Source of the DNA: Caenispirillum bisanense
GTDB taxonomy: Bacteria; Pseudomonadota; Alphaproteobacteria; Rhodospirillales; UBA2165
Assembly (NCBI GenBank): GCA_945877815.1
Contig: CAMDWJ010000008.1
Location: 51,936-115,935 of the forward strand
Direction: 5' to 3'
DNA: 64,000 bases
The position numbers and the translations under genes are program-made. Under the pieces are notes generated by a model, which did no database searches, was not told the origin of the DNA, and was given only the letters and a program-made list of their open reading frames with translations. This document shows positions 9,312 to 20,246 of this stretch, in pieces (positions within the stretch are counted from its first letter, which is position 1; the number at the start of each line of letters is the position of its first letter).

Positions 9312-10345
9312 GCAACGATATGGGCGATATGAAGGCGCTGCTCGGCCTCGTCGCCAAGGGCGACCGCCTGAGCGAGGAGCAATCCGAGGCCGCCTTCAAC
9401 ATCATCATGTCGGGCGATGCGACGCCGGCACAGATTGGCGGCTTCCTGATGGCGCTGCGCGTGCGCGGCGAAACGGTACTCGAAATCACGGGCGCCGCGC
9501 GGGCCATGCGCGCCAAATGCCTGTATGTGATCGCGCCGAAAGGTGCGATCGACATCGTCGGCACCGGCGGCGATGGCACCGGCACGTTCAATATTTCGAC
9601 CGGTGCCGCCATTGTGACGGCCGCCTGCGGTGTCCCGATCGCCAAACATGGCAACAGAGCACTTTCGTCGCGCTCAGGTGCGGCCGATACGCTCGCAGCT
9701 CTCGGCCTCAACAACGATGCCGATTTCGCCAATATCGAACGTTCGATCCGTGAAGCCGGCATCGGCTTCCTGATGGCGCCGCGCCATCACAGCGCCATGC
9801 GTCACGTGGGGCCGGCTCGAGTGGAACTCGGGACCCGTACCGTCTTCAATCTGCTCGGCCCGATCTGCAATCCGGCCGGCGTGACCCGCCAGATGACCGG
9901 CGTCTTCGCCAAGGAATGGGTGCAGCCAATTGCCGAAACCTTGGGTCGGCTCGGCAGCGAAGCGGCTTGGGTCGTTCATGGATCCGACGGGTCTGACGAA
10001 ATCACAACGACCGGACCGACCTTCGTCGCCGAACTGAAAGACGGTAAGGTCCGTACCTTCGAGATCACGCCCGAAGATGCCGGTTTGCCGCGCGTGAAGC
10101 CGGCCGACCTCAAGGGAGGCGATGCCGACTACAATGCGGCCGCCATCCATAAGATGGTCGCGGGCGAGCAAGGTCCTTATCGCGACGTCGTTTTGATGAA
10201 TGCCGCCGCCGCACTCATCGTCGCGGAGAAAGCCGAGGACCTGAGGGACGGTGTCCGTGTCGCAAGCGACGCCATCGCCTTGGGTGCGGCGCGCAAAACG
10301 CTCGAACGCATGGTAGCGATCTCGCGGGCGGGAGCAGGCGAATGA
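9308..10345 (+). CDS. trpD: anthranilate phosphoribosyltransferase
   Basis: The start is set at ATG 9308 ([12 protein letters not shown]...), overlapping the trpG stop. Motifs include [21 protein letters not shown] and KHGNRA. The track ORF from 8954 is an out-of-context extension inside trpG. Confidence 0.95.
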   Translation: MSNDMGDMKALLGLVAKGDRLSEEQSEAAFNIIMSGDATPAQIGGFLMALRVRGETVLEITGAARAMRAKCLYVIAPKGAIDIVGTGGDGTGTFNISTGAAIVTAACGVPIAKHGNRALSSRSGAADTLAALGLNNDADFANIERSIREAGIGFLMAPRHHSAMRHVGPARVELGTRTVFNLLGPICNPAGVTRQMTGVFAKEWVQPIAETLGRLGSEAAWVVHGSDGSDEITTTGPTFVAELKDGKVRTFEITPEDAGLPRVKPADLKGGDADYNAAAIHKMVAGEQGPYRDVVLMNAAAALIVAEKAEDLRDGVRVASDAIALGAARKTLERMVAISRAGAGE

Positions 10346-11141
10346 GCGACGTCCTCGACAAGATCAACGCCGACAAGCTGGCATTTGTCGCGGCGCGCAA
10401 ACGCAAGGTGTCCGAATGCGCGCTGATGGAAACCGCCATCATGCAATCGCCGACACGCGGTTTCGCCGACGCCTTGCAGCGTGCCGCGAGCAGCGGCTTT
10501 GGGCTGATCGCCGAGATCAAGAAGGCCTCGCCCTCAGGTGGCATGATCCGCCCGGAGTTCGATCCGCCCGCGCTGGCCCGCGCCTACGAGCGCGGCGGTG
10601 CCGCGTGCCTGTCGATCCTGACCGACGTGCCCTATTTCCAGGGCGAAGATGCGCACCTGATCGCCGCGCGCGCCGCCTGCACCCTGCCGGTGCTGCGCAA
10701 GGATTTCATGCTTGAGCCCTATCAGATCATCGAGGCGCGCGCGATCGGCGCCGATTGCATCTTGCTCATCATGGCCTCCCTCGATGACGTACGGGCGAAG
10801 GAACTGAAGGCCGCGGCCGAAGGGCTCGGCATGGATGTCCTGATCGAAGTCCACGACGCGCCGGAATTGGAGCGTGCGCTGAAACTGTCGCCTAAGCTGC
10901 TCGGCATCAACAACCGCAATCTCAAAACGCTGGTCACCGATCTTGCGACCACCGAAACTCTGGCGCCGATGGTGCCCAAGGATGTGATGATGGTCTGCGA
11001 ATCCGGTCTCAAGAACCACGCGGATCTTGTCCGCATGGCCGCCGTCGGCGCGCGGTGTTTCCTGGTAGGCGAGTCCTTGATGCGCCAGCCCGATGTCGAG
11101 CACGCCACGCGCGCGCTGCTTAATCCGGCGAAGGTTTCGGC

Positions 11142-11145
<4 letters not shown>
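10342..11145 (+). CDS. trpC: indole-3-glycerol-phosphate synthase
   Basis: 267 aa with motifs [21 protein letters not shown] and INNRNL. It has an ATGA overlap with trpD. Confidence 0.95.
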
Positions 11146-11615
<470 letters not shown>

Positions 11616-11647
11616 CGATGGGTGCTAGGCTTATTCCAAAAGAGACC

Positions 11648-11737
11648 GTCATGGCCGCACTCGTTGCTGCCATTAACGAGTCTTTTTGCGGGGACGAGCT
11701 TTCGTTCGTGGATGCCCCGAACAAGTCGGGGCATGAC
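11648..11737. repeat. nested-palindrome intergenic repeat (GTCA...TGAC family), degenerate left arm
   Basis: The arms are GTCATGGCCGCACTCGTTGCTGCCATTAACG (11648-11678) and CGTGGATGCCCCGAACAAGTCGGGGCATGAC (11707-11737), in the moaC-moeA spacer. Confidence 0.7.
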
Positions 11738-11781
11738 GAGCTGTTTTGCTCAAGGACGATATAGTGGACGCCCCTCCCCGC

Positions 11782-12996
11782 ATGATCCCGGTCGCCGAGG
11801 CTCAAGCCAATGTGCTGAGTGGCGTGTCGCGGCTCGTCTCCGAAGATATCAGCGTCGCTGATTCCCTCGGCCGCGTTCTCGCCGAAGATGTCGCCTCGCG
11901 TATTACCCAGCCGCCGGTCGCGGTTTCCTCGATGGACGGCTTTGCGGTGCGCGCCGACGACGTTGCGACCGTTCCGGTCTCGTTGCGGCTGATCGGCGAA
12001 TCCTCGGCCGGGCGTGGGTTCTCCGGATCGATGGCCAAGGGAGAGACCGTGCGCATCTTTACTGGTGCCCCTCTCCCCGATGGCGCCGACGCCATCGTGA
12101 TCCAGGAAGATACAAGCGTGAGCGGCGATCAAATCACGATGACGGAATCCTCGGGCGCCGGTCGCTACGTTCGCCCCGCCGGACTCGACTTTGCGCACGG
12201 GCAGGTTCTCCTGAAGGCCGGCAAGCGGATCAATTCGCGCGATGTCGCCTTGATCGCCGGCATGAACGTTCCCTGGATCAAGGTCGCGCGTCGCCCCCGC
12301 GTCGCGATCTTGTCGACCGGCAACGAGCTGGTCATGCCGGGCGAAGACATGGGGCCGCACCAAATCATCAGTTCCAATTCCCTCGGACTTGCAGCCTTCG
12401 TCACGGCGGCGGGCGGCATTGCCGTCAATCTGGGCATCGCCATCGACGAGCCGGGTGCCTTGCGCGAAAAGCTCGCCGGTATCCAGGGCATGGACATGCT
12501 GGTGACGATCGGCGGCGCCTCGGTTGGCGACTATGATCTGGTTAAACAGGTCGCTGCGGCCGAAGGGCTCGATATCACCTTCAGCCAGGTTGCTATGCGC
12601 CCGGGCAAGCCGCTGATCTTCGGAAAAATCCTGGGCGTGCCGATGCTCGGCCTACCCGGCAATCCGGTTTCCGCCGGCGTGTGCGCCGCGCTCTATCTCA
12701 AGCCCGCCATCGACGTGATGCTCGGCGCCAAGACAGCCCAGACCGCAGGCGTCGTGACCGAAACCGCCATCCTAGGTCGCGACATCCCCGAGAACGACCG
12801 GCGCCAGGATTATCTGCGCTCGAAGCTCGACTTGTCGGCCGCCGGCGAGCTCACGGCAACGCCATTCGCGAAACAGGATTCGTCGATGTTGGCGCTGTTC
12901 TCTCAGGCCGATTGTCTGGTCGTACGCGCACCCAACGCCCCCGCCGCAAAACAAGGCGAACGCGTGCCCTTTATCCGCCTCGATCCCGGGGCGTAA
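11782..12996 (+). CDS. moeA: molybdopterin molybdenumtransferase
   Basis: 404 aa from ATG 11782 (MIPVAEAQANVL...). The track start 11746 is a TTG inside the repeat. MoeA motifs are SSMDGFAVR, TGAPLPDGADAIV and GGASVGDYD. Confidence 0.9.
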   Translation: MIPVAEAQANVLSGVSRLVSEDISVADSLGRVLAEDVASRITQPPVAVSSMDGFAVRADDVATVPVSLRLIGESSAGRGFSGSMAKGETVRIFTGAPLPDGADAIVIQEDTSVSGDQITMTESSGAGRYVRPAGLDFAHGQVLLKAGKRINSRDVALIAGMNVPWIKVARRPRVAILSTGNELVMPGEDMGPHQIISSNSLGLAAFVTAAGGIAVNLGIAIDEPGALREKLAGIQGMDMLVTIGGASVGDYDLVKQVAAAEGLDITFSQVAMRPGKPLIFGKILGVPMLGLPGNPVSAGVCAALYLKPAIDVMLGAKTAQTAGVVTETAILGRDIPENDRRQDYLRSKLDLSAAGELTATPFAKQDSSMLALFSQADCLVVRAPNAPAAKQGERVPFIRLDPGA

Positions 12997-13046
12997 GTCG
13001 CGCGAACCCGGCGACTAGGCGACCCAACACCTGCTGGTGCTCGTGC

Positions 13047-13093
13047 GATTGCGGCGCTGACGCGCGCTTTCCTCTATGCTCAGCGCCGCAATC
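13047..13093 (+). terminator. perfect 14-bp stem / 19-nt loop hairpin downstream of moeA (no U-tract)
   Basis: The arms are GATTGCGGCGCTGA (13047-13060) and TCAGCGCCGCAATC (13080-13093). The hairpin starts 50 nt after the moeA stop. Its function as a terminator is uncertain. Confidence 0.3.
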
Positions 13094-13198
13094 AGCGCGG
13101 CCTGCAATTTGATCGCTCGGCCAACCGTCTATCGCAGATATTTTTAATCCTCACTTATGGGCTCACAGGGTGAAAAAAGCCCTCTTGACGCCATTTGA

Positions 13199-13213
13199 GA
13201 ACCAAACTAGAAC
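13199..13213 (+). promoter_or_regulatory. LexA operator (alphaproteobacterial SOS box)
   Basis: A perfect GAAC-caaacta-GAAC lies just downstream of a TTGACG -35-like hexamer (13185-13190) and 90 nt upstream of the lexA ATG. A second near-match, GTTC-N7-GTTG, is at 13261-13275. Confidence 0.7.
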
Positions 13214-13302
13214 ATGCGTTATCGTTTTTGTTTTGTTCTATATCTGGTGGCTGATTGAATGTTCTTCGAATGTTGGCCGCTTTTGAGGAAATGGAGCCTG
13301 GG

Positions 13303-13998
13303 ATGCTAACCAAAAAGCAGTACGAATTGCTGCTCTTCATCGACAATCGTTTGAAGGAATCGGGTGTATCGCCTTCGTTCGACGAGATGAAGGACGCACT
13401 GGATCTGAAGTCGAAATCCGGCATTCACCGTCTGATCACCGGACTCGAGGAACGCGGCTTCATCCGCCGCCTGGCCCACAAGGCCCGGGCCCTCGAAGTC
13501 CTACGCCTACCCGAAAACCAGCAAGACAGCACCCTCGCCTCGACCAAATCCGGGCTGGGAGCTAATGTCGTAAGGGGCGCCTTCGACCGCCGTCCGCGCG
13601 CCGTCGCCGCCAACGATGCGACGGAGATTCCGCTGCTCGGCAAAATCGCGGCCGGCACACCGATCGAGGCGTTGCGAGATCATTCCCAATCCATTGGCAT
13701 TCCGCCCGACATGATCGGACGTGGCGAGCATTACGCCCTGACCATCGAAGGCGATTCAATGATCGAGGCCGGTATTTTCGATGGCGACACCGTGGTCATT
13801 CAACGCTGCGATACGGCCGATAATGGCACCATTGTCGTGGCGCTCGTCGACGGTAACGAAGCGACCCTTAAACGCATCCGCCGCAAGGGCGACTCCATCG
13901 CCTTGGAGCCCGCCAACAAGGACTATGAAACACGCATCTTCGGCCCCGACCGCGTCAATGTGCAGGGCCGTCTCGTCGGTTTGCTTCGCAAGTATTAA
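13303..13998 (+). CDS. lexA: SOS repressor LexA
   Basis: 231 aa from ATG 13303 ([29 protein letters not shown]); in-frame alternatives are at 13291 and 13255. The C-terminal S24 peptidase carries GDSM and TLKR. Confidence 0.95.
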   Translation: MLTKKQYELLLFIDNRLKESGVSPSFDEMKDALDLKSKSGIHRLITGLEERGFIRRLAHKARALEVLRLPENQQDSTLASTKSGLGANVVRGAFDRRPRAVAANDATEIPLLGKIAAGTPIEALRDHSQSIGIPPDMIGRGEHYALTIEGDSMIEAGIFDGDTVVIQRCDTADNGTIVVALVDGNEATLKRIRRKGDSIALEPANKDYETRIFGPDRVNVQGRLVGLLRKY

Positions 13999-16175
13999 TC
14001 CCGCTCCACTTCTGAATCCTGAACCTCGGGCGAGTCCTCCTCGTCCGAGGTTTCCGTTTCAGGGGTAGCCCGCTCCCGCGTCCGGCTCGATCCCGGATGG
14101 ATCACCCAAGGCCGCGTCCCACGAACGCCTTTCACGCTCTCGATTTTCACGCCGTCTTTCTCGATCCAGATCGCATGAGTGCCGCCGCGCCATAGATCGA
14201 AACGATCGACGAGAACCTTGGCGCTCGGGCAGCGCCGACCCGGCACTGGCACTGCGGTGACGACGATGCTGGCCGTTCGGCAATCATCGATCAGCGCCGC
14301 GCGTTCCGTTGTGAAGGCGACGATCTCCCCTTTCGCTTCCCACACACAGCCGGCCGTGTCGCAGCGTAGATCCTTGCCGCGGTTCGTTCGCGGCCAGCTT
14401 TCCTCCTCGCCGACATCGTATCCCGCGCGCCGCAGCCATATCTCGCGCTCGAAACGCGCGCCGGTGCGCGACGAAACCATCATGCGCCCATCGCCGCTCA
14501 TGAAAGCAAACAGGCGCGCGTTGCCGTCGGCTAGGATATCGGGCGGCACGGCGAAAGATGCGAGGATGATCCCGGCGATGACAGCGACCGCGCCGAGACG
14601 GCGCCAACGGCCGCGCCACAGGCATATCCATAATCCGCCGATAACCATAGCCAGCAAGGCCGACGGCGGCATGGCGGCGATAGTCGTCACCGCCCAGTCG
14701 GCCGAGGCGATCTTGGCCGCCGACGCATTGATGACGTCGATCCCCCACCCCATCGGTACGAGGCCTAGATCTTCCAAACCGAACGGCATCAGGACCATGC
14801 CGATAACGGCGGCCGGCATGACCCAAACGCTCGACAGCGGCACGGCGATCAGGTTGCCGAAAAAACCGTAAAGTGCAACGCGATTGAAGTGATAGACCGA
14901 GAACGGCGCCGTCGCGACGGTCGCGATCACCGTGGTCAAGGCAACAGCTGCGACATAGAGCGAGATGCGGCGCGTGAGCCCCTTGTCCTTGCCACGCGCG
15001 AAGTCCTGTCCCCAGACTTCGTAGGCGGCGATTAGCGCAACGACGGCCGCGAAGGACATCTGGAAGCTCGCGTTTAGCAAGGCTTCGGGCTGGAACGCCA
15101 GAATGATCGTGGCGGCGATCGCAACGAAGCGCATCGAGATGCCCTGCCGATCGACAAGTATCGCGGCAAGCACCAGTCCCATCATTAGGAACGAACGTTG
15201 GGTCGGAACGGTGGCGCCGGCCAGCAGCGTATAGAACAAGGCGCCGCAAAGTGCCACGATCGCCGCCAACTTCTTGATCGGATAGCGCAACGCGACAGCC
15301 GGAACGAGGGCCAGACCGGCCCGCACGAGTGCGAATATCAGTCCCGCCACGAGTCCGATATGCATGCCCGAGATGGAAAGCAGGTGATAGATGCCGGAAT
15401 TACGGTAGGCTTCGTTGACCTCTTCGGGGATGGCGCCGCGATCGCCGGTGATCAATGCCGCCGCAACAGCGCCGGGGGTGCCACCGATCGAGTCACGGAT
15501 GCGCGTCGTCAGACGTTCGCGAAAACTTTCCCAACGATGCGCCAGCGTCAGCTGATCGTCGCCGTCCGCGACGATGCGTGTCCGGCCCATGGCAAAACCG
15601 GTCGCGCCGATTTCCTGAAAATAATAATGGAACTGGAAATCGTAGGCGCCCGGCATAGCGGGCGGTGGCGGTGGCGAAATCCGTGCCCTCACCTGTAGCC
15701 AAACGCCCGGCAACAGATCGACCGCCTTGCCCCGCAGGCGCAATCGAATGCGCTCGGGTGTCGCGTGCGCCTCCAGGGCGCCGATGCGGACCTTTTCCAG
15801 GATTACGCGCGTTCCACCCGCCAATTGTTCGACTGACGCGACGCGCCCCGAAACGGTCGTCGAGGTCACGGCGCGTTCGAGGACGACATGCCCGACGCTG
15901 AAGGTGCGCCATTGCGCAAGGGCGAAGCCGCCCGCGACCAAGCCAAACGCGATCGTCACCAGCAATAGATAATCTCGCCGGCGTCCGAGAATACCGCAAC
16001 CGATCGCAATTAGGATTGCCATCGGCCCGATCCAGATCGGCGGCTCGGTCCGCAAAGTGAAATACAGCCCGATACCGACGCCGAGACCGACCGGCGACCA
16101 CAATAGCCAGCGCGCGCGCTCGGCCGCCAGGCTTGCGCTCATCCAAGTTACGACATGCGTCAGGATTGACGCCAC
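13995..16175 (-). CDS. comEC: ComEC/Rec2 family DNA-uptake channel protein
   Basis: 726-aa polytopic membrane protein with a ComEC core ([16 protein letters not shown]) and a C-terminal soluble domain. It is convergent with lexA and overlaps it by 4 nt. Confidence 0.8.
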   Translation of the reverse strand: MASILTHVVTWMSASLAAERARWLLWSPVGLGVGIGLYFTLRTEPPIWIGPMAILIAIGCGILGRRRDYLLLVTIAFGLVAGGFALAQWRTFSVGHVVLERAVTSTTVSGRVASVEQLAGGTRVILEKVRIGALEAHATPERIRLRLRGKAVDLLPGVWLQVRARISPPPPPAMPGAYDFQFHYYFQEIGATGFAMGRTRIVADGDDQLTLAHRWESFRERLTTRIRDSIGGTPGAVAAALITGDRGAIPEEVNEAYRNSGIYHLLSISGMHIGLVAGLIFALVRAGLALVPAVALRYPIKKLAAIVALCGALFYTLLAGATVPTQRSFLMMGLVLAAILVDRQGISMRFVAIAATIILAFQPEALLNASFQMSFAAVVALIAAYEVWGQDFARGKDKGLTRRISLYVAAVALTTVIATVATAPFSVYHFNRVALYGFFGNLIAVPLSSVWVMPAAVIGMVLMPFGLEDLGLVPMGWGIDVINASAAKIASADWAVTTIAAMPPSALLAMVIGGLWICLWRGRWRRLGAVAVIAGIILASFAVPPDILADGNARLFAFMSGDGRMMVSSRTGARFEREIWLRRAGYDVGEEESWPRTNRGKDLRCDTAGCVWEAKGEIVAFTTERAALIDDCRTASIVVTAVPVPGRRCPSAKVLVDRFDLWRGGTHAIWIEKDGVKIESVKGVRGTRPWVIHPGSSRTRERATPETETSDEEDSPEVQDSEVERD

Positions 16176-16226
16176 GCTCCATCGTCCGGTTATTGACGTT
16201 AGGAAACATTAGCTTAGTTTAGCACC

Positions 16227-17630
16227 ATGGTCGTCACCCGTTTCGCCCCTTCGCCCACCGGTTTCCTTCACATCGGCGGCGCGCGCACCGCACTGTTCAA
16301 CTGGCTTTTCGCCAAACATCACGGCGGAAAATTCCTGTTGCGTATCGAAGATACGGATCGGGCACGCTCGACCCAGGCTGCGGTTGACGCAATCTATGGC
16401 GGCCTTAAGTGGCTGGAACTCGATTGGGACGGCGAAGCGGTCTCGCAATTCGAGCGGCGCGGCCGCCACGCCGAGGTCGCCCACAAGCTCCTCGCTGAGG
16501 GCAAAGCCTATCATTGCTATTGCACGCCCGAAGAGCTTACAGCGATGCGCGAGGAGGCCAAGCGCGCCGGCCGGCCCATGATGTATGACGGTCGTTGGCG
16601 CGACCGCGACCCGGCAGACGCCCCCGTCGGCATTGCTCCGGTCGTGCGTTTTAAAGCGCCGCGCGGCGGCTCCACGGCAATCGAGGATAGAATTCAAGGC
16701 CGGGTCGAGGTCGCCAACGACCAGCTCGACGATATGGTCCTGTTGCGTGCGGACGGGACCCCCACCTATATGCTGGCTGTCGTCGTCGACGATCACGATA
16801 TGGCGGTCACTCATGTCATACGAGGCGACGACCATCTGACCAACACCTTCCGCCAAGTGCAGCTATACCTCGCTTCGGGCTGGGATTTGCCGGTTTTCGG
16901 CCATTTACCTCTATTGCACGGCGCGGACGGAGCCAAGCTATCCAAACGGCACGGCGCCCAGAATGTCGAGGATTACCGCGATATGGGTATCCTGCCGGAA
17001 GCCATGTGCAATTACCTGTTGCGGCTCGGCTGGGGCCACGGCGATGACGAGATCATCGACCAGGCACAAGCGGTCGAGTGGTTCGATCTGGACGCCGTGG
17101 GCCGGGCCCCTTCGCGCTTCGATATGGACAAGTTGCTAAACCTGAACGCCCATTACCTACGTCAGGCAGACCCGGCTCGGCTCGCGCGTCTGGTATTGCC
17201 TGAACTGGCAAAACGGCTGCCGACAGGAACCTCGTCAGCAGCCGAAGAACGGCTGATCAAGGGGCTCAATAGTTTAACAGAACGCTCAAAGAATATATTA
17301 GAACTTGCTGAAAATGCTATGTTTTATGCAATGCAAAGGCCCATTCCAATAAACGATAAAGGTCGGAAATTACTTGACGGCGAAGGCCGCCCCGTGGTCG
17401 AGTCGTTGCGGTCTGCATTGGAGCAGATTTCCGACTGGTCTCAAGGGGTTATCGAAGAGCAGGTCCGCCAACTGGCGGTCGAACGCGACGTCAAGCTCGG
17501 AACGGTCGCTCAGCCCCTGCGGGCGGCTCTGACCGGCTCCGACAAGTCGCCGGGCATCTTCGAAGTCATGGAGGTTCTGGGTCGGGATGAGACGCTGGGG
17601 CGGATCGACGACGCAATTGCCCTAACGTGA
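16227..17630 (+). CDS. gltX: glutamate--tRNA ligase
   Basis: 467-aa class I aaRS with the HIGG signature (FLHIGGARTALFNW) and KLSKR (AKLSKRHG). Confidence 0.95.
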   Translation: MVVTRFAPSPTGFLHIGGARTALFNWLFAKHHGGKFLLRIEDTDRARSTQAAVDAIYGGLKWLELDWDGEAVSQFERRGRHAEVAHKLLAEGKAYHCYCTPEELTAMREEAKRAGRPMMYDGRWRDRDPADAPVGIAPVVRFKAPRGGSTAIEDRIQGRVEVANDQLDDMVLLRADGTPTYMLAVVVDDHDMAVTHVIRGDDHLTNTFRQVQLYLASGWDLPVFGHLPLLHGADGAKLSKRHGAQNVEDYRDMGILPEAMCNYLLRLGWGHGDDEIIDQAQAVEWFDLDAVGRAPSRFDMDKLLNLNAHYLRQADPARLARLVLPELAKRLPTGTSSAAEERLIKGLNSLTERSKNILELAENAMFYAMQRPIPINDKGRKLLDGEGRPVVESLRSALEQISDWSQGVIEEQVRQLAVERDVKLGTVAQPLRAALTGSDKSPGIFEVMEVLGRDETLGRIDDAIALT

Positions 17631-17720
17631 CATGCAAGCGGACCGAGCGTTACCTTGACAGAACGTCCGTCAAATCGTTACTGCCGCGTCGGTGCGGCAA
17701 CAGTACCTGGGGGATCAGAC

Positions 17721-19049
17721 ATGGCAGAAGCAAAAGCGAAAACCAACCAGCAAACCGTCACCCTTCTCGATAACGAAAGCGGTAAGAAATACGATCTGCC
17801 GGTTATGGCTGGCTCGGTCGGCCCCAAGGTCATCGACGTTCGGCGCCTCTATGGCGATACCGGCTATTTTACCTACGATCCGGGCTTCACCTCGACCGGC
17901 AGCTGCGAATCCGCCATCACCTATATCGACGGCGACGAAGGCATCCTGCTCTATCGTGGCTATCGCATTCAGGATCTCGCCGAGCATTCAGATTATATGG
18001 AGACCTGCTATCTGCTGTTGTTTGGCGAACTGCCGACAGCCGAGCAGAAGACCAAGTTCGTGCACGATGTGACCTATCACACGATGCTGCAGGAACAGAT
18101 CAACAGCTTCTACAGCGGTTTCCGCCGAGACTCCCATCCGATGGCCGTGATGTGCGGTGTCGTCGGCGGCTTGGCAGCCTTCTACCACGACAGCCTGGAC
18201 ATCACGAACCAACGCCACCGCACCGTCGCATCCTATCGACTGATCGCGAAAATGCCGACGATCGCCGCCCAAGCCTACAAATATTCGGTCGGTCAGCCGT
18301 TCGTCTACCCGCAGAACGAACTCAGCTACGCCGAGAACTTCCTGCACATGATGTTCGCGACGCCGGCAGAGAAGTACAAGGTCAGCCCGACGATGGCCAA
18401 GGCCATGGATCGCATCCTGATCCTGCACGCCGACCACGAACAGAATGCCTCGACATCGACGGTGCGCCTCGCCGGTTCGTCCGGCGCCAACCCCTTCGCC
18501 TGTATCGCGGCCGGCATCGCGTCCTTATGGGGCCCCGCGCACGGCGGTGCCAACGAAGCCGTGCTCGATATGCTCAATCAGATCGGCGATAAATCGAAGA
18601 TCCCGGAATACATCAAGAAGGCGAAGGACAAGGACGACTCGTTCCGCTTGATGGGCTTCGGTCATCGCGTCTACAAGAACTTCGACCCGCGCGCTAAGGT
18701 CATGCAGCAGACCTGCCACGAGGTTCTGGGCGAACTCGGCATCAAGAACGAACCGTTGCTCGAACTCGCCATGGAACTCGAACGGATCGCGCTTGAGGAC
18801 GATTATTTCGTCGAGCGTAAGCTGTACCCGAATGTCGATTTCTATTCGGGCATCATCTTCCGCGCCATGGGTATTCCGACCAGCATGTTCACGGCGCTGT
18901 TCGCCGTCGCGCGTACCGTCGGCTGGATCTCGCAATGGAATGAAATGATCGAGGATCCGCAGATGAAGATCGGCCGTCCGCGCCAGCTCTATACGGGTGC
19001 GACCGAACGCGATTATGTCCCGGAAGCCAAGCGCAAGGTGAAAGCCTAA
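17721..19049 (+). CDS. gltA: citrate synthase
   Basis: 442 aa from ATG 17721 ([28 protein letters not shown]). Motifs are [10 protein letters not shown] and [14 protein letters not shown]. The track start 17655 adds an implausible leader. Confidence 0.95.
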   Translation: MAEAKAKTNQQTVTLLDNESGKKYDLPVMAGSVGPKVIDVRRLYGDTGYFTYDPGFTSTGSCESAITYIDGDEGILLYRGYRIQDLAEHSDYMETCYLLLFGELPTAEQKTKFVHDVTYHTMLQEQINSFYSGFRRDSHPMAVMCGVVGGLAAFYHDSLDITNQRHRTVASYRLIAKMPTIAAQAYKYSVGQPFVYPQNELSYAENFLHMMFATPAEKYKVSPTMAKAMDRILILHADHEQNASTSTVRLAGSSGANPFACIAAGIASLWGPAHGGANEAVLDMLNQIGDKSKIPEYIKKAKDKDDSFRLMGFGHRVYKNFDPRAKVMQQTCHEVLGELGIKNEPLLELAMELERIALEDDYFVERKLYPNVDFYSGIIFRAMGIPTSMFTALFAVARTVGWISQWNEMIEDPQMKIGRPRQLYTGATERDYVPEAKRKVKA

Positions 19050-19055
19050 TCCAAA

Positions 19056-20246
19056 TCAGGCCGGTTCCTTGGAACCGGCCTTTTTTATGACGTCGAGTAC
19101 AATTCGAGCCGCGGCGATAGAGGGTGCTATTCCGTCGGGGGCAAGCTGCGCCAATGCCTGCTTGGAGCGCATGCGCTGATATTGAACCGCATCTTGGTCG
19201 GACAGGAGTTGCTCCGCCGCCGCCGCAATCCGCTCGGGACGGCAATTCTCAAGCAGAAGTTCCGGTAGAATTTCCTCATCGAGCAACAGGTTCACGAGAC
19301 TTGTGTATTTGAGTTTCACAAGACGCCGGGCAAGCCATCCGGTGATTGGGTTCATCCGGTAGACGATCACGCTCGGGGTTCCGGCCATCGCCAATTCAAG
19401 CGCGACGGTGCCAGACGCAGCAATTGCCACGTCGGCCGCCGCGAAGGCATCGAATTTCGCCGCCTCTCCCGTGACCATCAACGGCGGCTGCGGCCAGGTT
19501 GCCAACATCGCGCGCAGTGGCGCTGCGATGTGGGCTACGGTCGGCACGACAAGCGTTAGATTGTCATGACTGTGTTCCATCAGCCCGATGGTTTTGCGCA
19601 GGATCGGCACCAATCTCGAAATTTCGCTCATGCGGCTCCCCGGGAGCAGGCAAACGAGTTTGTCGTCGGCCGAGATTCCATGTCGGGTACGGAAGCCGGA
19701 GCCATCGCCTTTGTCCGCGCCGCTTTCGATCACCGGATGGCCGACGAAATCGGCCGGCAATCCTTCGGCCGTGAAATAAGGCGGCTCGAAGGGCAGCAAG
19801 GTCATGACACGATCCAAGAAAGCGGCCATTTTGCGCGCGCGGTGAGCCTTCCAGGCCCAAACCGATGGCGCCACGTAATGGATCAAGGGAATTCCTCGTC
19901 CCCGCAATAGATTGGCGACCCTGAGCGAAAAATCCGGCGCATCGATCGTGACCAACGCGGCGGGATGTGAGCGCTCTATATCCTCGGCCGTTTCGCGAAT
20001 GCGGCGCAGCAGACGCGGCAGACGCGGCAAAACTTCGGCCAATCCCATGACTGCAAGCTCGGCGATGGGGAAACGGCTTTGGAGCCCCACTTCGGCCATA
20101 ACCTCGCCGCCGATGCCGCGAAAACGGATGCGTCCGTCGGTTTCGGCGATAAGCGCAGCCATGAGCCGCGCACCAAGTCGGTCTCCCGACGGTTCTCCCG
20201 CCACGAGATAGATCAGCGGCGTATCTGGTTCAGGCTCGCTGGGCAT
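19056..20246 (-). CDS. lpxB: lipid-A-disaccharide synthase
   Basis: 396 aa from ATG 20246 (MPSEPEPDTPLIYLVAGEPSGD). The track start 20318 lies inside lpxI. It has the GT19 pattern and overlaps lpxI by 17 nt. Confidence 0.9.
   Translation of the reverse strand: MPSEPEPDTPLIYLVAGEPSGDRLGARLMAALIAETDGRIRFRGIGGEVMAEVGLQSRFPIAELAVMGLAEVLPRLPRLLRRIRETAEDIERSHPAALVTIDAPDFSLRVANLLRGRGIPLIHYVAPSVWAWKAHRARKMAAFLDRVMTLLPFEPPYFTAEGLPADFVGHPVIESGADKGDGSGFRTRHGISADDKLVCLLPGSRMSEISRLVPILRKTIGLMEHSHDNLTLVVPTVAHIAAPLRAMLATWPQPPLMVTGEAAKFDAFAAADVAIAASGTVALELAMAGTPSVIVYRMNPITGWLARRLVKLKYTSLVNLLLDEEILPELLLENCRPERIAAAAEQLLSDQDAVQYQRMRSKQALAQLAPDGIAPSIAAARIVLDVIKKAGSKEPA
19059..19086 (+). terminator. rho-independent terminator of gltA
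   Basis: The structure is GGCCGGTTC-cttg-GAACCGGCC followed by TTTTTT (19081-19086). It starts 10 nt after the gltA TAA and lies inside the last codons of convergent lpxB. Confidence 0.7.

Noticed and set aside
13155-13424. 89-aa minus-strand ORF across the lexA promoter and start.
   Set aside because: It overlaps the SOS box and the lexA 5' end and has a low-complexity Ser/Phe-rich product. It has no RBS or family resemblance.
14284-15249. Same-strand alternative-frame ORFs lie inside real genes: 321 aa in comEC, 363 aa at 52391-53482 in nuoM and 319 aa at 43710-44669 in proS.
   Set aside because: They are Arg/Pro/Gly-rich frame-shifted translations without motifs. The overlapping annotated frames carry the family signatures.
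17280-17294. GAAC-gctcaaa-GAAT lies inside the AT-rich gltX patch and resembles an SOS box.
   Set aside because: It has one mismatch, is intragenic, and lies in AT-rich sequence where such near-matches arise easily. There is no promoter context.
17655-17673. TTGAC-N9-GTCAA palindrome upstream of gltA.
   Set aside because: The half-sites are only 5 bp and coincide with a TTGACA -35-like hexamer. There is not enough information to call an operator.
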